Source of the DNA: Candidatus Woesebacteria bacterium
GTDB lineage: Bacteria > Patescibacteriota > Microgenomatia > UBA8517
Reading direction: 5' to 3'
DNA: 64,000 bases
Assembly (NCBI GenBank): GCA_016700095.1
Contig: CP065002.1
Location: forward strand, 496,463 to 560,462
Part shown: positions 57,638 to 64,000 of the stretch, one piece after another
Layout of the letters: the number at the start of each line of letters is the position of its first letter
Position numbering within the stretch: the first letter of the stretch is position 1
Notes under the pieces: model-generated
Databases searched by the model: none
What the model saw: only the letters and a program-made list of their open reading frames with translations
Told to the model about the DNA's origin: nothing
Made by a program: the position numbers and the translations under genes

Positions 57638-57931
57638 ATGAATACATATGAATTAACACTTATCCTACCGGGGAGTACAACTCCCGCCAAAAAGAAGGCT
57701 ATTATTGCCGATATCGAAAGTCTCGTTAAGGTGAACAAGGGTGTTCTCAAGGAAACCGAGGATTGGGGTAATATTGATTTGGCATATCAAATATCGGGTA
57801 ACCGTGTTGGATCTTTTATCCATTTTAAGTTAGACTTAGATAGTCAAGCTGTTAGTATTGTCGACAACAAAGTTTTATTAAACGAAGAAATAATCAGACA
57901 TTTGCTCGTGAAAGCATCAAAGGAGAAATAA
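57638..57931 (+). CDS. rpsF: 30S ribosomal protein S6
   Basis: MNTYELTLILPGS...; size and position upstream of ssb-rpsR. Confidence 0.9.
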   Translation: MNTYELTLILPGSTTPAKKKAIIADIESLVKVNKGVLKETEDWGNIDLAYQISGNRVGSFIHFKLDLDSQAVSIVDNKVLLNEEIIRHLLVKASKEK

Positions 57932-57932
57932 G

Positions 57933-58436
57933 ATGGCAAGAAGTTTAAACAAAGTTACATTAATCGGGAATTTGACCAGAGATCCGGAATTGAGGTATAC
58001 ACCCCAGGGTACCGCAGTTTGTACTTTTGGATTGGCTACAAATCGACAGTGGACCACAGATTCAGGTGACAAGAAAGATAGTGTTGAATTTCATCGTATT
58101 GTTGCTTGGAACAAATTAGGCGAGCTGTGTTCGCAACTTCTTTCTAAGGGTAGAAAAGTGTATGTCGAAGGACGACTTCAAACCAGGAAATGGACCGGAC
58201 AGGATGAGACCGAACATACAACTACTGAGATCATTATCAGTGACATGATCATACTTGATACCAGAGGACAACAGGGAACGGGTGAAGATTTTGATATTCC
58301 CGAGGATTTGGAAACGGATAGCATTCCATCACCAGACGTGGATGCGCCTGTTGCCAAAAAGGCTGAAAAACCAGTAAAAAAGGAAAAAACCCTTAAAGAA
58401 GAAAACAAAGAAGAAGATGAAGACATACCCTTTTAA
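57933..58436 (+). CDS. ssb: single-stranded DNA-binding protein
   Basis: OB fold VTLIGNLTRDPELRYTPQGTAVCTFGLATNR and acidic tail EEDEDIPF. Confidence 0.95.
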   Translation: MARSLNKVTLIGNLTRDPELRYTPQGTAVCTFGLATNRQWTTDSGDKKDSVEFHRIVAWNKLGELCSQLLSKGRKVYVEGRLQTRKWTGQDETEHTTTEIIISDMIILDTRGQQGTGEDFDIPEDLETDSIPSPDVDAPVAKKAEKPVKKEKTLKEENKEEDEDIPF

Positions 58437-58438
58437 CC

Positions 58439-58684
58439 ATGGCAAAAAAAACAAAAAAACAAGTTAAGCAAATTCGTAAAGTACCTGTTGATTGTCCGTT
58501 TGACAGATCGCAAACTCAACCCAGCTATAAAGACTATCAGGATTTGGCGAAGTTTTTAAACGATCGATCAAAAATTCAAGGAAAAGACAGAACGGGTGTT
58601 TGCTCAAAACATCAACGTGCGTTAGGTCGAGAAATAAAAAGAGCCCGTCACTTGGGATTACTTCCCTTTGCTCCAGGTTTTTAA
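58439..58684 (+). CDS. rpsR: 30S ribosomal protein S18
   Basis: CPF...YKDYQDLAKFLNDRSKIQ...RARHLGLLPF consensus. Confidence 0.9.
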   Translation: MAKKTKKQVKQIRKVPVDCPFDRSQTQPSYKDYQDLAKFLNDRSKIQGKDRTGVCSKHQRALGREIKRARHLGLLPFAPGF

Positions 58685-58701
58685 TCTGGTTAAAATAGTT
58701 T

Positions 58702-59961
58702 ATGAATAATGGATCACCAAAACTCCGCGTGTCTATCGTGACTGCGAGAAAATTAATTGTTGTACTTGGTGCAATATCTTTAGTGTTTTTTGGTGGATAT
58801 TGGACAGGTAGACGGGGATTTGTCGCAAGTTATAAAGGAAGTGCGAATGTTGTCATTAACCGCGAACTGCCGGTGGAGAAAGAAGATATAAGCTTTGATC
58901 TTTTTTGGCAAGTATGGGATTCTCTCGAAAACAAATATTACGACAAAAATAAATTGGTCGATGAATATATGGTTTATGGAGCAATAAGCGGTATGGTATC
59001 GGCTTTGGGAGATCCATATACCGTATTTTTATCACCGGAACAAAACAAAATTATCAGTGAAGATTTAAACGGTAGTTTTGAAGGTGTGGGTATTCAAATC
59101 GGCTATAAGCAAAACCAACTGGCCGTAATTGCTCCGCTAGTCGGATCTCCGGCTGAGGAAGTTGGCATAAAAGCCGGCGATTATATTATCGGGATTAAAG
59201 ATAGCAAAAAGGGCATAGATAGTAGTACTGAGGGAATGTCGCTTCAAGAGGCGGTACAAGTTATAAGAGGAGACAAGGGAACATCTGTGACCTTGACAAT
59301 CGTCAGAGAGGGGGAGGGTAAACCACTTTATTTTGATGTTAAAAGGTCAAACATTGATGTGCCTACCATTACTGTCGATTTCGTTGGTGACAACGAAAAG
59401 TACGCACATATTCGCATCAACAGATTCGGTGGAGAAACAACCCAAGAATGGGAAAAAGCCGTCAGCAAGGTCTTAATAAACAGCAATCTTTCGGGAATAG
59501 TTTTGGATGTCAGGAATAATCCGGGTGGTTATTTACAAGCGGCAAATGAAATAGCGAGTGATTTTTTGGAAGTTGGGAAAGTCGTGGTGATAGAAGAAGA
59601 CGGTAAAGGTGATCGTACGGACTTTACGGTAGATAAATTGGGGAGGTTTACTAATTTATCTACGGTTGTATTGGTAAACGAAGGTTCGGCTTCGGCTTCG
59701 GAAATACTCGCAGGTGCTCTCAAAGACAATGATAAAGCCGAGCTTGTCGGTGAAAAGACATTCGGCAAGGGTACAATCCAAGAGCCCGAGCAGTTAACAG
59801 GAAGCTCAGGGCTACACGTCACAATAGCCAAGTGGTTAACACCGAGTGGTTTTTGGGTAAACGATGTGGGACTTCAGCCGGATCACGAATTGTTAAATGA
59901 CCCGGAAACCGATATTGACGAACAGCTTGAAAAAGCAATAGAATTATTAGCGATTCAGTAA
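58702..59961 (+). CDS. ctpA: S41 carboxyl-terminal processing protease with PDZ domain
   Basis: N-terminal TM anchor, PDZ (SPAEEVGIKAGDYIIGI) and S41 catalytic region GSASASEILAGALKD with downstream Lys (TFGKGT). Confidence 0.85.
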   Translation: MNNGSPKLRVSIVTARKLIVVLGAISLVFFGGYWTGRRGFVASYKGSANVVINRELPVEKEDISFDLFWQVWDSLENKYYDKNKLVDEYMVYGAISGMVSALGDPYTVFLSPEQNKIISEDLNGSFEGVGIQIGYKQNQLAVIAPLVGSPAEEVGIKAGDYIIGIKDSKKGIDSSTEGMSLQEAVQVIRGDKGTSVTLTIVREGEGKPLYFDVKRSNIDVPTITVDFVGDNEKYAHIRINRFGGETTQEWEKAVSKVLINSNLSGIVLDVRNNPGGYLQAANEIASDFLEVGKVVVIEEDGKGDRTDFTVDKLGRFTNLSTVVLVNEGSASASEILAGALKDNDKAELVGEKTFGKGTIQEPEQLTGSSGLHVTIAKWLTPSGFWVNDVGLQPDHELLNDPETDIDEQLEKAIELLAIQ

Positions 59962-60002
59962 TCATTAAGCAAAACTTAAGATTAACTTCATAAAGTAAAA
60001 TT

Positions 60003-61157
60003 ATGAAAAAGATTAACTTGAAAATTATTTTACTAATCTTTTCTTCAGTTGTCTTTCTTTTTGTTGGTCTAACAGCCGGAGGTTTGTATACCTTTAAATT
60101 AAAAAATTTCGATTTTGGTAAATTTATTGCCGGTGAGCAAAGAACACGAATTAAAGAAATTAGCCAGGAAGATATCGTTGAAATAGAATCGGCGATTGTC
60201 ATGGTTGCCGAAGAAGTATCTCCGTCTGTTGTTACGGTTGTAATTCAGACCCCCCAAAGAAGTATTCTGAAATTTGATCCCTTTAGTGGCGGGATAAGTA
60301 GAAGTATCGACGGTGGAACCCCGCAAGATATCGGAACAGGATTTGTAATTTCTGAAGATGGATTGATTGTTACCAATAAGCACGTCGTAAGCGAAAATCA
60401 AACTTACAAGGTGGTTACGCAGGATGATAAGGAATATGAAGTCAAAACGATTAGCCGGGATCCGTCAAATGATATAGCCATAATCAAAATTGACGCAAAT
60501 AATTTAAAACCGGTAGAACTGGGAGATTCCGATCAGCTGAAAGTCGGTCAATATGCAATTGCGATTGGTACTGCTCTTGGTGAGTTTAGACATACCGTTA
60601 CTACGGGTGTTGTTTCTGGTTTAGGTAGGGGAATTACAGCGGGAAGTGCGTATGAGGGTTTTGTGGAAACTTTGGATAATGTAATTCAAACTGACGCGGC
60701 AATTAACCCTGGTAATTCTGGAGGACCCCTGCTTAATTCTCAAGGCCAAGTCATTGGAGTAAATGTCGCTGTCGCACAAGGAGCGCAAAATATCGGTTTT
60801 GCTATTCCTATAAATATTGTTAAGGATAGGCTTAATGAATTTAATAAAAACGGAGAGTTTCCCCAAAAAGCTTATCTTGGCGTGCAGTATCAAATAGTAA
60901 GTAAACGTGCGGCAATTGCCAATAATGTGCCCGAGGGAATTTTCGTTATCGATGTTGTCGATAATTCCCCCGCCGATAAATCGGGTATCGAAGTCAACGA
61001 TATCGTAACCGAAATTAATGGAACAAAATTAAACGAAGAGAATGACTTGGCGAAAGTTATTGCCGGATTTAAACCGGGGGATGAAGTAACTTTAGCTGTT
61101 TGGAGAAACGAAGACACACTGGCTGTCAAGGTGATACTCGAAAAATTTCCGGAATAA
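60003..61157 (+). CDS. htrA: HtrA/DegP-family serine protease with C-terminal PDZ
   Basis: TM anchor; His (VTNKHVV), Asp (DIAIIKI), Ser (GNSGGPLLN); PDZ (SPADKSGIEVNDIV). Confidence 0.9.
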   Translation: MKKINLKIILLIFSSVVFLFVGLTAGGLYTFKLKNFDFGKFIAGEQRTRIKEISQEDIVEIESAIVMVAEEVSPSVVTVVIQTPQRSILKFDPFSGGISRSIDGGTPQDIGTGFVISEDGLIVTNKHVVSENQTYKVVTQDDKEYEVKTISRDPSNDIAIIKIDANNLKPVELGDSDQLKVGQYAIAIGTALGEFRHTVTTGVVSGLGRGITAGSAYEGFVETLDNVIQTDAAINPGNSGGPLLNSQGQVIGVNVAVAQGAQNIGFAIPINIVKDRLNEFNKNGEFPQKAYLGVQYQIVSKRAAIANNVPEGIFVIDVVDNSPADKSGIEVNDIVTEINGTKLNEENDLAKVIAGFKPGDEVTLAVWRNEDTLAVKVILEKFPE

Positions 61158-61231
61158 GTGATTTCCCCAATGATACTCCATGGAATAAAGTCTGTGGTAA
61201 CTTTTTTACATCTTGGGCATTGGACATTTCC

Positions 61232-61247
61232 ACGCGATATATCGCGT
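61232..61247. terminator. 16-bp perfect palindrome (acgcgatatatcgcgt) between convergent htrA and prfA; possible bidirectional terminator
   Basis: Read from the sequence; followed on + by TAGTATTTTAT. Confidence 0.35.
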
Positions 61248-61315
61248 AGTATTTTATGAAAGAGATGTTTAAATTAGTAATTTTGGTTGCTAATCAAATC
61301 TGACTTTGGTGTAGT

Positions 61316-62023
61316 TTAGTTTTGTCCGGTTAGTTGTTCTTTAAGAAGACCAATTACTTTATCCAAGTTGCCGTCGACAATTGCACTTAGATTTCCCCAG
61401 GATTTCTTTACTCTGTGATCGGTTACACGATCTTGCGGATAATTATACGTTCTTATTTTTTCGGATCTCATACCGCGCCCGATTGCAGATCGATAGCCGG
61501 CGACTTCGCGTAACTTTTTCTCTTCTTCTCTCTCCCATAATTTTGATTTCAATATGTCCATGGCAATATCGCGGTTTTGGTATTGAGTTCTTTCTTGCTG
61601 GACGGCTACCACTATGCCTGTTGGGCGATGGGTGAGTCTGACTGCAGTACTTACTTTATTGACGTTTTGACCCCCGGCACCACCGGATCTGGCAAATTGA
61701 ATATCAATATCCTCAGGGCGAACCGTTATCTCGTGACTTTCGATCTTTGGCAACACGGCTACGGTTGCGGTAGAAGTATGTACTCGACCACGCTTTTCCG
61801 TTAAGGGAATTCTTTGTACACGATGAACTCCTGATTCGAATTTTAGATCGCTAAAAGAATTTTCGCCGATTATTTGCAGAGTTGTTTCGTCTATCGGTAG
61901 GGATTTCCAACCTCGTTTGGTAGCATAGCGCATATACATACGCAGTAAATCCGTAGCCCAAATTTTGGCTTCATCGCCACCTGTAGCTGACCTGATTTCC
62001 ACAAATGCATTATTTGTATTCAT
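61316..62023 (-). CDS. prfA: class I peptide chain release factor, RF1-like, lacking N-terminal domain 1
   Basis: Begins [26 protein letters not shown] (start of domain 2); codon-recognition tripeptide context RIPLTE (PxT, RF1-type); GGQ motif ([11 protein letters not shown]). Only 235 aa, with 17 nt separating it from the rpmE stop. Confidence 0.8.
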   Translation of the reverse strand: MNTNNAFVEIRSATGGDEAKIWATDLLRMYMRYATKRGWKSLPIDETTLQIIGENSFSDLKFESGVHRVQRIPLTEKRGRVHTSTATVAVLPKIESHEITVRPEDIDIQFARSGGAGGQNVNKVSTAVRLTHRPTGIVVAVQQERTQYQNRDIAMDILKSKLWEREEEKKLREVAGYRSAIGRGMRSEKIRTYNYPQDRVTDHRVKKSWGNLSAIVDGNLDKVIGLLKEQLTGQN

Positions 62024-62040
62024 AAACTTGACGAAGTTTG

Positions 62041-62376
62041 CTAATTACTTTTGTTAGAGGATTTTTTAACCAACTTTCTGACTTCGGCGAGTGTATCAGG
62101 TTTTTCAAGTTCTTTTTGAATACGTTTATCTTTTTTAATCTGTCTTTTTTGTTGTTTTGAGAGTACCTTTTTATTTGCTTGTGCAAGTTTTGCTTTAAAT
62201 GCATCAACTCGTCCGGCTGTATCAAGATATTTCATTTGACCGGTATAAAAAGGATGACAGGCAGAACATACCTCAACCCTGATCTCGGGAAGAGTAGCGC
62301 CGATTTCAAAGGTGTTACCACATGAGCAAATTACTTTTGCGTCTTTGTACCACTTGGGATGAATATTTGTTTTCAT
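62041..62376 (-). CDS. rpmE: 50S ribosomal protein L31 with about 45-aa Lys-rich C-terminal extension
   Basis: [10 protein letters not shown]...[10 protein letters not shown]...[12 protein letters not shown]... is canonical L31; the ORF continues into [32 protein letters not shown]... Confidence 0.85.
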   Translation of the reverse strand: MKTNIHPKWYKDAKVICSCGNTFEIGATLPEIRVEVCSACHPFYTGQMKYLDTAGRVDAFKAKLAQANKKVLSKQQKRQIKKDKRIQKELEKPDTLAEVRKLVKKSSNKSN

Positions 62377-62414
62377 AGTTAATTAGACTAAGTAGGTATT
62401 ATAGCAATTTATAT

Positions 62415-63368
62415 TTATTTGGGCAATTGGCTATGATTAACTGGTTTTTTGGTCTTTTTTTCGGCGATATATATACCAATGGCGATAATTACTGCACCGA
62501 CCACAAATGGCAAAGTAAGTTTTTCATCCAACCAAAATACGGCTAATGGTATGGTAAATAAAGGTTGTAAATACATAAAAAGCGATGCCTCACTAACCTC
62601 AATTGATTTTTGAGACTTCACATACAAAAGGTATGCCAGGTTGCCGGAAAGGACAGCCATATACCAAACTCCCAAATGATACTTAAGAGGCAGACTTATG
62701 ATGGTATCCACAAATCCAAAAAATCCATATTTATAAATCGCAATAGGAGCCAGTGTGATTGCCCCCATCAAAAAAGCCAAGTTTGTTAAATTGGAAGATT
62801 TTACTTTGTTGCGAATTATATATTTTGCAAGAAGAATCGACCCGCTATCGCTGAAAAGATAGAGTACAAGAAGGATATTACCCGAAAACTTAACTGCTTC
62901 GCCCGCTTGGAAAAGCGGAAAAAAGGTGTTTATTACCAGACCGACGATAACAATTGATATCCCGAGTTTTTCCTTTTTTGTAATTTTGTCATGAAATATC
63001 AGGGCACCTCCGGCGGTTACGATTAAGGGTCCGATTGTTCCGACAAGTGTCAGATCCAAAACGGTTGACTTCTCAAGACCAAAAAAAAGAATTCCCAAAG
63101 CTACAGGTACTGCCAATATACCATATAAACTTGCAGCCCAAAAATTCGCCCGTAACTGACGAAATTTTTTACCTCGACGTATTTTACGTGCAAAAAATAT
63201 TAGTGAGATTGTGCCGGCAATTAGAAACCGGTAAGCCAAAAAGGGAAGAGGATCTATACCATTAAAAGTAAACTTAATTACAGGCGAGGCGATACCCCAA
63301 ATTGCCGCGACTAAAATAAGATTGAGATACGCACGGTTTCTAAAAGAGAACTTGGACAAATCAAACAT
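62415..63368 (-). CDS. EamA/DMT-family transporter (10 TM)
   Basis: Two repeated 5-TM EamA-like halves; 317 aa. Confidence 0.7.
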   Translation of the reverse strand: MFDLSKFSFRNRAYLNLILVAAIWGIASPVIKFTFNGIDPLPFLAYRFLIAGTISLIFFARKIRRGKKFRQLRANFWAASLYGILAVPVALGILFFGLEKSTVLDLTLVGTIGPLIVTAGGALIFHDKITKKEKLGISIVIVGLVINTFFPLFQAGEAVKFSGNILLVLYLFSDSGSILLAKYIIRNKVKSSNLTNLAFLMGAITLAPIAIYKYGFFGFVDTIISLPLKYHLGVWYMAVLSGNLAYLLYVKSQKSIEVSEASLFMYLQPLFTIPLAVFWLDEKLTLPFVVGAVIIAIGIYIAEKKTKKPVNHSQLPK

Positions 63369-63412
63369 ATTCTAAGTGTAGTAGAAAAACAAATATTTTT
63401 ACAATCATCGGG

Positions 63413-64000
63413 TTACCTTAGCTGAGTAAGTAAAGCGTCTATTGGGATGGTTTCCTGTCTTTTGTTTAAGAGATTTTTTACGATAACTTCATTTTTAAGT
63501 ATTTCATCAGGGCCAATTATTACGGCATACGGAATACCTTTTTTGTCGGCATACTTTAATTGTTTGGCAAGAGGCACGATTTCAGGATAAAGTTCGGTAT
63601 TAATTTTAGCACTGCGTAATACTTTAACAATTTTTATTGAACTATCCACTGTATTTTCAGCAAATATTGTTACCAAGACTTTTGTTACTGTTTTTTTAAC
63701 GGGTATGAGATTTAAGCTTTCAGCCGCTTCAAGGGTTCTGTCTAGTCCTAACCCGAATCCCGTAGCAGGGACTTTAATACCTGAAACTTCCTCAATTAAT
63801 CCATCAAATCTTTCACCACCAGACAGTGACCCCGCTTTATAATCAGGTGAGACAATCTCCCAAATTGGTCCATCAGAATACGAAAATGACCTGGCAATAG
63901 TTGGATCAAATTCATACCAGTCTTTTGGGTAGTTTAATTTTTCCAGATAATTAAAAATATCATTTATTGTTTGGTTTGGTTTCAAGCTTTTAATCTTATT
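63413..64000 (-). CDS. hisS: histidyl-tRNA synthetase, C-terminal part (5' end beyond the window)
   Basis: Motif 3 region GGERFDGLIEEVSGIKVPATGFGLGLDRTLEA and C-terminal anticodon-binding domain; the ORF runs off the window edge. Confidence 0.8.
   Translation of the reverse strand, partial: NKIKSLKPNQTINDIFNYLEKLNYPKDWYEFDPTIARSFSYSDGPIWEIVSPDYKAGSLSGGERFDGLIEEVSGIKVPATGFGLGLDRTLEAAESLNLIPVKKTVTKVLVTIFAENTVDSSIKIVKVLRSAKINTELYPEIVPLAKQLKYADKKGIPYAVIIGPDEILKNEVIVKNLLNKRQETIPIDALLTQLR

Noticed and set aside
1-64000. Scanned every intergenic region for tRNA genes (T-loop GTTCRANYC flanked by 5-bp stems), including tRNA-like strings at 18480-18495 and 36905-36925
   Set aside because: No candidate had complementary T-stem arms or a matching acceptor stem. 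No tRNA is reported.
1-64000. Alternative genetic code (UGA reassigned, as in some CPR lineages)
   Set aside because: TGA terminates recR, HIT, znuA and znuC, each with an ATGA overlap onto a well-supported downstream start, and all protein families read through intact under standard code 11.
1-64000. CRISPR arrays, transposases, integrases and prophage genes
   Set aside because: No regularly spaced repeats and no recognisable mobile-element proteins were found. The only repeats are the short palindromes and direct repeats reported above.

Overview
This 64 kb window is from a compact, AT-rich bacterial chromosome that looks like a CPR/Patescibacteria-type or other minimal monoderm genome. 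Genes are short and tightly packed, with several ATGA stop/start overlaps showing that TGA is a stop codon. I found no tRNA, rRNA, CRISPR array, transposase or integrase. About two thirds of the window is housekeeping: frr (partial), rseP, proS, yvcK-like, HIT, yqeY, ybeY, dnaX-ybaB-recR, cysS, pyk, aspS, zur-znuABC, ychF, rpsF-ssb-rpsR, ctpA, htrA, prfA, rpmE and hisS (partial). It also includes a two-component system, a NOX/ferric-reductase-like flavocytochrome, an Rpf-like transglycosylase and an arsR/thioredoxin-like/ArsP-like permease operon. The stand-out region is a roughly 18 kb block on the minus strand, about 38.0 to 56.1 kb. It starts with a 1597-aa mega-fusion protein (DPM1-like GT2, processive QxxRW GT2 synthase, Wzx/MOP-like transporter, GT4). 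Downstream are a CDP-6-deoxyhexose pathway (rfbF, rfbG, RmlC-like epimerase, reductase), four tandem GT2 paralogs, two GT-C (PMT/ArnT-like) membrane glycosyltransferases and a membrane-anchored glycoside hydrolase. The block ends with a sortase next to an LAxTG-anchored, Ser/Thr-rich surface protein. I interpret this as a candidate, previously undescribed surface-glycan / protein O-glycosylation and anchoring system. Other notable signals are a clear T-box riboswitch ahead of an archaeal-type aspS (UGGC, matching a G73 discriminator as in tRNA-Asp), a class I release factor lacking domain 1 next to an L31 with a long Lys-rich tail, and a ProRS whose editing domain is replaced by a zinc ribbon.
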